Assembly (NCBI GenBank): GCA_963797555.1
Contig: CAWCPV010000009.1
Location: 256,001 to 320,000, forward strand
DNA: 64,000 bases
Source of the DNA: an uncultured Gammaproteobacteria bacterium
Lineage (GTDB): Bacteria; Pseudomonadota; Gammaproteobacteria; CAWCPV01
Direction of reading: 5' to 3'
Part shown: positions 11,116-21,007 of the stretch, piece by piece
How positions within the stretch are numbered: the stretch's first letter is position 1
How the letters are laid out: each line of letters begins with the position of its first letter
Position numbers and translations under genes: made by a program
The notes under the pieces: generated by a model
The model's database searches: none
Told to the model about the DNA's origin: nothing
What the model saw: only the letters and a program-made list of their open reading frames with translations

Positions 11116-11646
11116 TCAGCGCTCATCGTCCGCCTCCCGCGACACCTCGAACAACTCACACTCCCGCACCGGTGCGCCCGAGTACAGCCCGGCCTCGCAC
11201 CGCGCACGCTCTGGGATATGGTGGCGACACTGCGAACAGCGCGCGTTGCCCCGTGGCGCCCACAGCTCGGAGAGGGGAATGCCCGGGGTAGGGGGCGGGG
11301 CAGATGGCGCCTCCTGTGGGCTCTCTGGCGGCGGTGGCGGGTCTTCGTTAGGCAGGGCCTCCACCTTGGCGTCCGGGTATGCCCTGGCGATGGCCTCGCG
11401 GGCCTCCTCCAAACTGGCGTCCGGGACGAAGTCGAACGTGCGGACGGTGCCATCCGGTAGAACTGCCCGGTAGCGCCAGCGACGAGCGGTGAGCAAGGCC
11501 ACCAGCTCGTCTTTGTGGACGCGAATGAGCGCACGCAGCTCGTCCGTCAACGCCTCGCTCCGGCGCACCGCAATCGCGTCGTGGTCCGCCACGGCCAGGA
11601 CGAGCCCGGCGGCCCGTAGGCGATCAAGGATGGCGGCTGCGCTCAT
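11116..11646 (-). CDS. Element hypothetical protein (TubC_N-like N-terminus, C-terminal CxxC...C...C)
   Basis: ATGA-coupled to the primase gene. MSAAAILDRLRAAGLVL...LTDELRALIRVHKDELVALL and RCSQCRH...RCEAG...RECELF. Confidence 0.6.
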   Translation of the reverse strand: MSAAAILDRLRAAGLVLAVADHDAIAVRRSEALTDELRALIRVHKDELVALLTARRWRYRAVLPDGTVRTFDFVPDASLEEAREAIARAYPDAKVEALPNEDPPPPPESPQEAPSAPPPTPGIPLSELWAPRGNARCSQCRHHIPERARCEAGLYSGAPVRECELFEVSREADDER

Positions 11647-13984
11647 CGGATGATCTCCATAGCGGCGTCCGGATCGTCGTCGCAGCCAGGCTCCCGATGG
11701 AGTGGCTCTGGGGCATTCTCGCCATTCTCGCCGTAACTCGTTGATACCGGCGAATTAGGTGGAGGACGGTGGCGATCAATATCGCCGCCGTCTCCATCCC
11801 TTAAGGGCGGCGGCGAATTAGAAGACGACGGCGAGAATGACCCAGAATCTTGTCCATTGTCGCCGCGGTGCCCGGCGAGATTGCCAGGGTCCAGGAAGGT
11901 CGTTCGCCTGCCCTTCTTGATGTGCTCCGGGATCTCCGACTCGGAGATCCGCCCTGACGCTTGGAGAGAGGACAGCGCCGCGCGCAGCGCCTTCCGCGCC
12001 ATGCCGAGATCCTCGTCCTCCAAGGTATGCCGGGTGTGATGCCGCGGCGGAGTCTGCCGCAGCTCCTCGCGCAGGAACGTCAAGACTTGCTCCGCCTGTG
12101 CCTTGCGCACCGCGTCCGGGTCGCGCGGCAGCTCCACCGTGTACTCGAAGGCATACCCGCGGCGCTTGATCCACAGCATGGGCTGCGGCGGCGTGTAGCT
12201 CGTCTTGGCTCGCGCCAGTATGGTGGCGCTCTCGTCTTGTCCAAGGGTGAACCCAGGCGGGGGGGCAATCCTTCGCACCCAGGCTGCCAGGGCTGCAAGA
12301 CGGCCACCATGCGCGCACCGTCGGGCAGCGCCGACCCGCCTCGGGCCGTGTATTGGTCGAGGGTGCGCTCGCGAGCGTTGGCCTTGCCGGTGTGGTGGAT
12401 CAGCCGCACGCAGCAGCCTAACTCCCGCACGATGCGCCGGGCGGCTGTGATCAGGGCTTGTTCGTTGTCGTTGACGAGCCGTTCGCCGGCTCCGAAGGAT
12501 ATTGCCGGGTCGAAGGCTACCAGCACCGGCGGGTGCTCGCGGTAGATCTCCGTGATGGCGTCCGCCAATCCGGTCAGGATCACGTTGCCGTGTTCATCCA
12601 GCTCTGCAAGCCGACAGGCGGTGCCGGTCACGTCCCAGATCAGCACGCCCTCGCGCACCCGCTGAACCTGCTCCTCGGTGAGGTGCAGGGCCTCGCACAC
12701 CATACGCAGCCGAGCCACCAGGCGTTCACGCTGATCCTCGGCCGTGACGAGCAGCACAGGCCCGGGGTTCTCCACCTCCAAGCCGAACAGCGGCAGCCCG
12801 AGGATGACGTGGACGATCTCGTACAAGATGAGCGTCGTCTTGCCGGCTCCGCCCGGTCCGGCCAGCACGGCAACGTCGGCGAAGAGGTACTTCGAGACGA
12901 TGCAGCGCGGGGTAAGTCTCGCGACAGCGAACTCCTCTGTGCTGATGGGCGGAGCGTCGGGTATCGGCGCGGTCGCTTCACCGTTCGCCTGCGATGCGGC
13001 GCCCTGCGGGTCGGGCGGCTCTCCGGGGTTCCAGTCACACAGGGTCTCGCGCTCGGACGGGGGCTTGGGCTCGCGACCAGCCTGCTCTGCCCATACTCGC
13101 CGCGGGTCCAGGTCCAGCGCCCGCAGGAGCTCCTCTTGCGAACGCGGGGGGCGGCCATTGCCTCCCGTGCATTCGGGCGAGTGCAGGCAGTGGAATTTCC
13201 CGTAGCGCACGCCGCCGAAGTTCGGGAGGTAGTAGACCGTGCTGCTCTCGGAAGTCTTCTCTTGGTGCTCTGCGTCGAAAGGGCAGACGACGGCATACTT
13301 GCCGGGCGCCACTTCGCGCAACACCATGTCGCGCTCGCTGAGGCGCCGCAGTACCGGGTCAGCAGTCGCGGCAGTCTGAGCCCGCGCCTCGGCTCCCGGC
13401 CGTTCCGGTTCGATGTCCGGAGCCTCGGCCAACAGCGCGTCCACGTCCACAGGCTCGCCCTCGAAGCGGAACGTCTGTGCACCGCGGAAAGGCGGGGTAA
13501 ACAACGGTTGCTCTGCCCGGTAGACGGACGGGTCCCACTTGAGGCGACCAGCTCCCAGCTCGGCATCGATGCGCCGTTGTATTGCCAAGCCGATGCGCTC
13601 CCCCTCCGCGCGGTCCACTTCGCGGTCAAGCTCCAGGACGAACCGTAGGCGGGGTTTGTTGGGGGTGTGGCTCGCCGTTGTGTACCCGAACCCCGAATAC
13701 GGTTGCAGCCACAGCACCAGATTCGAGAACACCTCGCCGTCCGCTGCGCCATCCATGTCGAAGGGCAGGAACCGCCGTGGTAGAGCATCATCTAGGCAAC
13801 GATGGTGCCGACCGTCGCCGTTGGGCTTGAACGCGGAGCAGATGTAGGTCAAGCCTTTGGGCTGTGCCCGGTCCGCCAGTACAGCCTCAGCGAATTCCGC
13901 GAAGGTAGTGGCCGTGCGCTGGGCGGGGTAGTTGTCATACTTCGACGTGCCGCGGGAGTAAGCGAACGTGACTGGCGTGCTCAC
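11643..13984 (-). CDS. AEP primase-polymerase / Zn-finger / RepA-type (AAA_25) helicase fusion, frameshifted at a C7 run near 12262
   Basis: FDMDG and YTTASH AEP motifs, CPFDAEH...FHCLH Zn site, GPGGAGKT Walker A, HHTGK, RGGSALPDGAR. C-terminus continues in ORF 11643-12278. Confidence 0.85.
11716..11882. repeat. Putative iteron-type replication origin in the primase-helicase 3' end
   Basis: About 9 copies of YGGCGA on both strands around the palindrome CCCTTAAGGG (11798-11807), flanked by TCGCCGCCG/CGGCGGCGA. Confidence 0.55.
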
Positions 13985-14355
13985 TGCACGCCCTCCGGTT
14001 CGTGATGGAGGTCGTGGGCCTCCAGCCGCCGTAGCGGCTTGCGCAGCCGGTTGCCGCGCTTGTCGAAGAACAGCACGGCCACGTCGGTGGCCCCGGAGAC
14101 ATCGAGGTCACCCAGTTCGCCGGGGACGATGGGGCGGACGTACCCCAGCTCGCCGGGGTGTTTGCGCTGCCACTGGCGGTCGATGCGCTTCGCCTCGCGC
14201 ATGGCGCGCACGGTGGACGGGGTGGGGTGGATGACATGCAGCGTGTTACTATCCGTTTGCGTTGCGTTGTCCCCTGCGGCCTCACCCGGTGCCTGCCCGG
14301 TGGGGCCGCGTCGTCTCTGGGGTCCGGCCCTCGCTTCATCGTCTCCGATGTGCAT
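13981..14355 (-). CDS. Element hypothetical protein
   Basis: Lies between alpA and the primase and overlaps the primase start. Contains IDRQWQRKHPGELGYVRPIVPGE. Confidence 0.6.
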   Translation of the reverse strand: MHIGDDEARAGPQRRRGPTGQAPGEAAGDNATQTDSNTLHVIHPTPSTVRAMREAKRIDRQWQRKHPGELGYVRPIVPGELGDLDVSGATDVAVLFFDKRGNRLRKPLRRLEAHDLHHEPEGVQ

Positions 14356-14358
14356 GGC

Positions 14359-14610
14359 TCACCCCCGGCTGCTCGCCAGCGCGCGCCGCAGCTCGCCGAC
14401 GTTCCAGGCGGTGATCCGGTCCGACAGTTTGCGCGGCGCCGGGAGGCGTCCGTCAGCCACCCGCCTCCATACTGTCGCAGCCGAACACCCGTATAGGGCT
14501 TCAACTACGGGCTGTCGGACGTGTGCGGAATCGGGGAGAGAATCGAAGTTGCGAAGCGAATCGAGAACCCCGCCCTTCCGGGCGTCTTTCTGCGAAGCCG
14601 AATGCGGCAC
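14359..14610 (-). CDS. AlpA-family regulator / excisionase
   Basis: FDSLPDSAHVRQPVVEALYGCSAATVWRRVADGRLPAPRKLSDRITAWNVGELR, an AlpA-type wHTH. Confidence 0.88.
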   Translation of the reverse strand: MPHSASQKDARKGGVLDSLRNFDSLPDSAHVRQPVVEALYGCSAATVWRRVADGRLPAPRKLSDRITAWNVGELRRALASSRG

Positions 14611-15107
14611 AGCGGCACCTCATGATTGTTCATGGATGCGTTCTTTTTAGCAGATTGTAGTGGGGCCGTGTTCCGACTCGCGAGCGACTTCCAAGCGATT
14701 ACGACGATATTGCCGGTTCCGAAGGAATTTCCCCGCAAGCGACTTCCCAAGTATTTCCGCAAAGGCGACTCAACGCTCAACTCTGAGAGATAGCGCGCCC
14801 CTCCTCCAGAGCCTCGTTGATGCACCCCTCAAGCGTGGTGTCCCTCATGCCGTGCTTATCCGGCAGCTTGCCATCCGTCTCCAAGCCCAGCACCTCTTGC
14901 AGCAGGGCTTCCAACAAACGGTTGACGACTGGCGAGTCTTTGTCTCCGAGCTTCGGGTCTTTCGCGGTCCCAACGTATACCCGAATGAACGTAACCGTTC
15001 ACCCCCCTGGAATATTTTGACCCGGAGGGCTGGACAAAACGGTTCCAGCGTGAGACAGTTGGGTGCCCTTGGCAGGATGTTCCTCGACCTCACTGTCACA
15101 CACAATC

Positions 15108-16677
15108 ATGGTGCTCAAGGAGCACGACCTTCGTCAGCTCAGCGAGGAGCGCATTCTGGAGCTGAGGCAGAAGGATCCCGATGCGCTGGCAGCGCTGAGC
15201 ATCCGCCTGCTGCAGGATCTCAAGGAAGCGTGGGAGCGGCTCAATCAGAGTCCCTCCAATAGCTCTCGTCCGCCGAGCAGTCAAGACCCCTGGCTGCGTG
15301 CGCGGGAGGACGAAGAGGCCGACGCCGGTCCTGAGGACGAGGAGGCCAAGAGCCGTTCTGAGGAGGATGGCCTCCCCGGGGCTGGCGGCCAGAAGGGCGC
15401 AAAGGACACGAGTGGCAAGACCTCAGGGACGCAGCGCCGAGCGGGCCGGCAGCCTGGCTCCCAGGGATTCGGGCGCGCCCAGAAGCTGACAGTCACCGAT
15501 TGGGACCATCATCGGCCGGGAAGTTGTGCGCTGTGTGGTGGGGCGCTCAATCCTGAGCAGGCGAAGCCCTACACCGCCTTTGATAGGCTGGACTTGGTCT
15601 TTGGCGATGAGCAGGCGCCGGGGCTGCGCCTGACCTGCACGCGGCAGGTATACTACCAGAGCCGTTGCGACTGTGGTCATGAGACCCGGCAGGCGCCGCA
15701 CCGCGCGCCCGAGCACTTGGGATGCTGGCGAGGGGTGGGGCTTGGCGAGTGGCGCCTGGTGGGGCCGGGATTGTGCGCCTTCATCGTCTGGCTGCGGTTT
15801 CGGATGCGCCTGTCCATCCGCCTGGTCCGGGAGTTCCTGCACGAGGTGTTTGGGCTGGCGCTCGGCATCGGCACCCTCCACCAATGCGTGATGGAGACCG
15901 CCCGTGCCTGCGAGCCGGTCGAGGATGAGCTGGTGACCCAGTTGCTGGAAGCGGCCCTCATGCATGCCGATGAGACACCGCACAAGCAATGGGGAGAGCC
16001 CTTGTGGTTATGGGTGTTCATCTCGGCCTCGACGGCGCTGTTCTTGGTCGGCTCTCGCGCCAAAGAGATGTTTCAGAACCTCATCGAGGATCTCTTCTGC
16101 GGCTATCTGATGAGCGATGGGTACCAGGTCTATCGGGACTATGCCAAGCGCCTGCGTTGCTGGGCGCATCTCATTCGCAAGGCCCGGGGCCTGAGGGATT
16201 GCCTCTCGCCCACCCTCCAGGGCTACGGCCAGGCGGTCTATGACCTGCTCGATGCGCTGATGCAGGCCGTCTATCACGCCCGCGAGGGACCGGGCGGCTC
16301 CCTGCGGCAAGCCCACCCGGGCGAGCTCGACGAGTCTCACGGCCCTGTGTGAACGCATGAGCTGCTGCCCTTATGACAAGGCCCAGGCGCTGGGCAAGGA
16401 GCTGCTCAACGACTGGGGGGCGATCTTCCGGGTGTTGGATGAGCCTCAGCTGCCGCTGACCAACAACGTGGCGGAGCGGGCGCTGCGTCACTGGGTGATT
16501 CTGCGTCGCATCAGCCAGGGGACCCGCAGCGAACAAGGCAGCCGGGCGCTGGCGCTGCTCGCCAGTGTGATCGAGACTTCTCGGCTGCGATTGAGCTCCC
16601 CGCTGTGCTATCTCAGAGATGTCCTCGCCCACCGACGCCGCGGCTTTGAGGCACCGCCGCTTCCTGCGCCCGCTTGA
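15108..16677 (+). CDS. IS66 transposase (TnpC-like), frameshifted near 16337
   Basis: NSSRPPSS, CALCG Zn finger, HADET, LMSDGY, RCWAHLIRK, PLTNNVAERALR. Confidence 0.92.
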
Positions 16678-16679
16678 GT

Positions 16680-17398
16680 TCAGCGCTCACCGCGCAGGCG
16701 CTCTCTGGCCTGCGGGTGCAGAGCGTAGAGGAAGACCCGCTTTATCGCTCTGCCATGGCGTTGGTGCGCACGGTCCATGCGCCCGCGTCCGCTGGTCTCG
16801 CCCACCTCGCACCAGTTGGCCGCCCGGTAGCAGGTCCCGGCAAAGCGCAGCCGATCCACGCATCGCGGGCCTGCATGCGCCAGGCCGGGCTGGTGTAGGT
16901 GAGCCCGCCCAACACCTCCCCCTCCCGGCGCTGGGAGCAGATGAGATAGACCAACTGGGCCCCAAAGGGTGTGGCATAGCCCAAGTAGTGATAGCGCGCG
17001 AGAAGCTCGCGCCACAATGCCCGTCCCTCGGCCTGGCGCACTAACTGAAGCTCCACCGGGGCCACCTCCTGCAGCGCACCGGCAATCTCGCCGCGGCGTT
17101 CGCCCCGATCGGTCTGCGCAGTGCAGGTGCGCCGCCCCTTGGGCCTGCCCGTGCGCTTGGCGGGAAGCCTCAGATCCCCCCGAGCTTCCAACCGCTCCAG
17201 TAGATCCCGACACTCGCGGGACTTCAGGGCTCCGTTGTCCCGTCTCCACCCCAGCAGCTCACAGATGGTCTGCGCCAGCTCAAAACGACTCAGGCCCACG
17301 CACATCGACACCATTCGGACGATGGCGGAGATCTCCTCTTCGGTAAAGCTCCGGCCGCTCGCCGTGATCGCCTGCGGAATAGAGGGCTCTTGATCCAT
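16680..17398 (-). pseudogene. DUF4338 (DruA-like, Mom/GNAT-related) protein with internal deletion
   Basis: N-part SRFELAQTICELLGW...YHYLGY...ARDAWIG. C-part in another frame: VDRLRFAGTCYRAANWCEVGETSGRG...KRVFLYAL. The two join at GTGGATCGG (16851-16859). Confidence 0.85.
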
Positions 17399-17971
17399 GA
17401 GCCGGGAGTGTACGACAAGCCGAGCGGCTCTGCTGCGCTGGACGCGCTCTTAACGCATCGATCAACTGGTGGGAGGGTCTGAACGGTTACGAATGAACAG
17501 CCATAAAGCTTTGGCCAGCGCAGCACGGCTGTGGGACCATGGGCTGTCGGAGCTGCCGGAGTCGAGCCGATCAGGGCCGACACTAAAGTCCTGAAGGTCA
17601 GCAATCGTGATCCAGTAGTCGTACATCAACGGTGTCTTTGGATTGAAACCTGCAAACGGTGTGCGCTCCGGGTTCTCCTGCCGTATGGCTTCCACTATGC
17701 GGCGCACCTCAGTGCTCTTCCGTGGTTTCTTGATGCATGGGAGTACCTCAGCATCGACAGCGTTCTGGAGTGCCATTCTTATAAATCGGAACGTAGCGGC
17801 CTCTTCGGATGTATTCGCCGGATTCATCAGTTCCGCCATGAGAGTGGGATTCGTAGCGTCAAGCTGGGGGTATTTGCTGGTTCTGGCCAGCACCCACATA
17901 GCCGCTTGTTCGAGCGTCAATAGAAACATCATTCGTTTAGTTCGCTCCCTTCTGCGTCCTTGAGGAAGGAA

Positions 17972-18027
17972 GCCGCGCCAGGCCGGGCAAGGGAACCCGG
18001 CTTTTCGCTAGCTAGGCTAGACGCGGC
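17972..18027 (-). ncRNA. int-alpA-like structured RNA motif
   Basis: Outer stem GCCGCG/CGCGGC, a CGAAAAG segment and inner hairpin GCCGGG-TTCCCTTG-CCCGGC. Sits right after the integrase stop and upstream of the gene preceding alpA. Family assignment is from recall. Confidence 0.55.
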
Positions 18028-18036
18028 AAATCGTGA

Positions 18037-19254
18037 TCAGAGTGTTCTCGCCCCGTGAATCGACACCACGTCGGCGCCGTTTCTCAGCCCGTCCAGGTAG
18101 TCGGCCCAAAACTGCATCATCCTGCGCCGCTCATCGAGATGCTGAGCATAGTTGTACGCTGCTCGCACCTCGTCGCGCTCGGCATGCGCCAATTGCCGCT
18201 CGATGGCGTCCCGGTGCCAGCCCTGCTCATTCAGCAGTGTCGACGCCATGCTGCGAAAGCCATGTCCGGTGATGTGGTTCTTGGTGAAGCCGAGCCGCCG
18301 CAGTGCGGCGTTCACGGTGTTCTCGCTCATCGGCCTGCCATTTGTCCGAGCCCCTGGAAAGACGTAGCGGCCGGAGCCAGTGAGCGGATGCAGCTCGCGC
18401 AGGCAAGCAACGGCTTGACGAGACAGCGGAACGATATGCTGCTCCTTCATCTTCATGCGGGCGGCCGGAACGCGCCACTCCGCACCTTCGAGGTTGAATT
18501 CCGCCCACTCTGCCTTGCGCAGCTCGCCGGGCCGCACGAATACGAGCGGGGCCAAGCGCAGCGCGCACTGCGTGATGAACGAGCCCTGATAGCCGTCGAT
18601 GGCGCGCAGCAGCTCACCGATGGCCTTGGGTTGAGTGATGCTCGCGTGGTGCTTCTCCTGCGCGGGTGGCAACGCACCACGCAGATCCGCGGATGGGTCA
18701 CGCTCAGCGCGTGCGGTGGCTACCGCATAGCGGAATACCTGTCCGCAGTTTTGCAGCGCGCGGTGCGCCGTCTCGACAGCCCCGCGTGCCTCGATGCGCC
18801 GCAACACGGTCAGCAGTTCCGGCGCAGTGACTTCTCGAATGGGCCGCGCACCGATCCAGGGGAACACGTCGCGCTCTAGGCGTCGGATGATCTTGCTGGA
18901 ATGACTCGCAGCCCATGTCGGCGCGAACTTGACGAACCACTCCCGCGACACGGCTGCAAAGGTGTTCTCCACCCTGTCGGCCTGCAACGCCTTCTGAGCC
19001 TTGCGTGCCGCAGCGGGATCGACTCCCGATGCAAGCAGCTTACGCGCCTCGTCCCGCCTATCCCTGGCATCCTTCAGGGACACATCCGGGTACACGCCGA
19101 TGGCGAGCGTCTTGCGCGTGCCTATGAACCGGTAGTCCAGCCGCCAGTATTTGCCCACGGACTTCACCAGCAGGTACAGCCCCTTCTCGTCGGTGAGCTT
19201 ATAGGGCCTGTCCTTGGGCTTGGCGTTGCGAGCTGTGGTATCGGTGAGCGACAT
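18037..19254 (-). CDS. P4-type tyrosine integrase
   Basis: Arm-binding N-terminus (KPKDRPYKLTDEKGLYLLV...YPDVSL). Catalytic R (VRPGELR), HGFR, QLAH, AYN. Confidence 0.96.
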   Translation of the reverse strand: MSLTDTTARNAKPKDRPYKLTDEKGLYLLVKSVGKYWRLDYRFIGTRKTLAIGVYPDVSLKDARDRRDEARKLLASGVDPAAARKAQKALQADRVENTFAAVSREWFVKFAPTWAASHSSKIIRRLERDVFPWIGARPIREVTAPELLTVLRRIEARGAVETAHRALQNCGQVFRYAVATARAERDPSADLRGALPPAQEKHHASITQPKAIGELLRAIDGYQGSFITQCALRLAPLVFVRPGELRKAEWAEFNLEGAEWRVPAARMKMKEQHIVPLSRQAVACLRELHPLTGSGRYVFPGARTNGRPMSENTVNAALRRLGFTKNHITGHGFRSMASTLLNEQGWHRDAIERQLAHAERDEVRAAYNYAQHLDERRRMMQFWADYLDGLRNGADVVSIHGARTL

Positions 19255-19491
19255 GGCGGTATCTCCCCAGGGACGCGGGTTGATCTTGCCGCCTCAGGAC
19301 CTCGACAAACCGGCGGAAAACTCTTGGGACAGTGAGGAAGAGATAGAGTTTGTCGGTATCTGCCTTGATGGGCGGCCGGATACCGTCAAAAGTACCGCCA
19401 AGAGTGGCGGTATGTCAAGAGATGTTCAGTGACGGTATGAGACAAAAGAAAACCCGCATGCCTTTGAGCGATACAGGTTTTGAGATGGTAT
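19254..19491. promoter_or_regulatory. Putative integrase arm-type binding sites (TGRCGGTAT)
   Basis: Copies at 19254, 19351, 19405, 19430, 19483 (+) and 19380, 19392 (-), between int and tRNA-Phe. Confidence 0.65.
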
Positions 19492-19513
19492 GAGATTTCG
19501 TGAGGCGCTGATT

Positions 19514-19589
<76 letters not shown>

Positions 19590-19667
19590 TGAGCCATGAT
19601 TTCCGTGTCTCGCAAGCTGTCAGAGACTCTAGGGTCCCGGACGCCGTCGGGACAGCCGGCGAAGCCG

Positions 19668-19943
19668 TTACTTGCTCTGCGGGGGCACGTAGCCTTCCGG
19701 AGCCTGGGAGCCCTCCCCGAAAAAGTACTTGTCCATCTCCCCCTCCAGGAATTTGCGTGCCTTCGGGTCCACGGGGGTGAGGCGATACTCGTTGATGAGC
19801 ATGGTCTGGTGGCGCAGCCAGCCTTGCCATGCCTCCTTGGAGACGCTTTCGTAGAGACGTTTCCCAAGCTCGCCGGGATAAGGCGGGTAGTCGAGCCCGT
19901 CCGCCTCCCGCTGCAGCTTCACGCAATACACCGTCCGGCTCAT
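19668..19943 (-). CDS. yggX: Oxidative damage protection / Fe(II) trafficking protein
   Basis: [10 protein letters not shown]...[35 protein letters not shown]. Follows mutY. Confidence 0.95.
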   Translation of the reverse strand: MSRTVYCVKLQREADGLDYPPYPGELGKRLYESVSKEAWQGWLRHQTMLINEYRLTPVDPKARKFLEGEMDKYFFGEGSQAPEGYVPPQSK

Positions 19944-21007
19944 GTCCTGCCTCCGTTCGAGCCTCGCCAGAGCATGGGAAGCAGCCGTTTGACCAGCGCC
20001 GTGATGCCGAGGGGCTGAGGTCGGCCTATTTTATACCAGACTCGGCCCGCGTCTTCCATTACTCGCATCGCTGATCCTCTGAGACTTGCATACACCGGAG
20101 TCACCTCCAGATGGAAGTGGCTGAAGGTATGCCGGACTGCCGGCCCGGGCCGGGGATCGACGATTCCAAAGCCGAGGTTTCGCTGGCTCCACTCCTCCGG
20201 GGTAGCCCATCCGGCCCATTCCGGAAAGCTCCACAGGCCGCCCCAGATGCCCGTCGGCGGGCGGCGTTCGAGGAGCACGGTTCCGGCCTCGTGGATTATC
20301 AGGACCTTGGAGTCGCGTACTGGAAGCAGAGCACGGGGCCGCGGCGCGGGATAGTCTGCTTGCCGCCCCTCGCGGTAGGCCTCGCATCCCCTGGCCACCG
20401 GACAGCCGTGGCAGGCGGGCTCGTGGCGCGTGCAGACGGTCGCCCCCAGATCGATGACCGCCTGGGTGTACGTGGCCGGCCGTCGGCGCGGGGTGTAGCG
20501 TTCGGCAAGCCGCCACAGTTCGCGCTCGACCTCCGGCTTCCCCGGCCAGCCATCGATACCGTGAAGGCGCGTCAGGACGCGCTTGACGTTGCCGTCGAGG
20601 ATGGGGCAAGGAACACCCGCGGAAAGCGCCAGGATGGCCCCTCCTGTGGAGCGACCGATGCCGGGCAAGGCCCGTAGCAGCTCCAGGTCCAGCGGCACCT
20701 CGGCGCCGTGATGATCGCAGATGATCTGAGCGGCGCGGTGCAAATTCCGAGCGCGCGCATAGTAGCCGAGTCCGCTCCACAGGTGCAGGACGTCGTCGAG
20801 CGCCGCGCCGGCAAGGGTCCGAACGTCCGGGAACCGCCCCATGAAGCGCTGGTAGTAAGGGATCACCGTCGACACCTGTGTCTGTTGGAGCATCACCTCG
20901 GATACCCAAACCCTGTACGGCGACGGTTCCTGCTGCCACGGCAAGTCTCGACGCCCGTGGCGCTCGTGCCACCGCACCAAGGATGTGCTGAAGTCTTCGG
21001 GGGTCAA
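19940..21007 (-). CDS. mutY: A/G-specific adenine glycosylase
   Basis: [42 protein letters not shown], FeS motif [12 protein letters not shown]. Confidence 0.97.
   Translation of the reverse strand: MTPEDFSTSLVRWHERHGRRDLPWQQEPSPYRVWVSEVMLQQTQVSTVIPYYQRFMGRFPDVRTLAGAALDDVLHLWSGLGYYARARNLHRAAQIICDHHGAEVPLDLELLRALPGIGRSTGGAILALSAGVPCPILDGNVKRVLTRLHGIDGWPGKPEVERELWRLAERYTPRRRPATYTQAVIDLGATVCTRHEPACHGCPVARGCEAYREGRQADYPAPRPRALLPVRDSKVLIIHEAGTVLLERRPPTGIWGGLWSFPEWAGWATPEEWSQRNLGFGIVDPRPGPAVRHTFSHFHLEVTPVYASLRGSAMRVMEDAGRVWYKIGRPQPLGITALVKRLLPMLWRGSNGGRT

Larger units (their letters stand above)
14991..17490 (+). mobile_element. IS66-family element (2,500 bp) with DUF4338 passenger
   Basis: Terminal IRs GTAACCGTTCA at 14991 and 17490 (rc). 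8-bp TSD GAATGAAC at 14983-14990 and 17491-17498. Confidence 0.93.
14777..17932 (-). pseudogene. 215-aa hypothetical protein split by IS66 (5' part 17932-17491, 3' part 14982-14777)
   Basis: Removing the IS and one TSD copy rejoins ...ALWLFI-RVYVGTAKDPKLG...EGRAISQS* in frame (648 nt). Confidence 0.8.
9216..19513 (-). mobile_element. Decayed P4-integrase integrative element (satellite/PICI-like) at the tRNA-Phe 3' end; left boundary uncertain
   Basis: Gene order tRNA-Phe, int, hypothetical, alpA, hypothetical, primase-helicase, hypothetical, with cargo on the opposite strand. No second att copy found. Confidence 0.8.
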
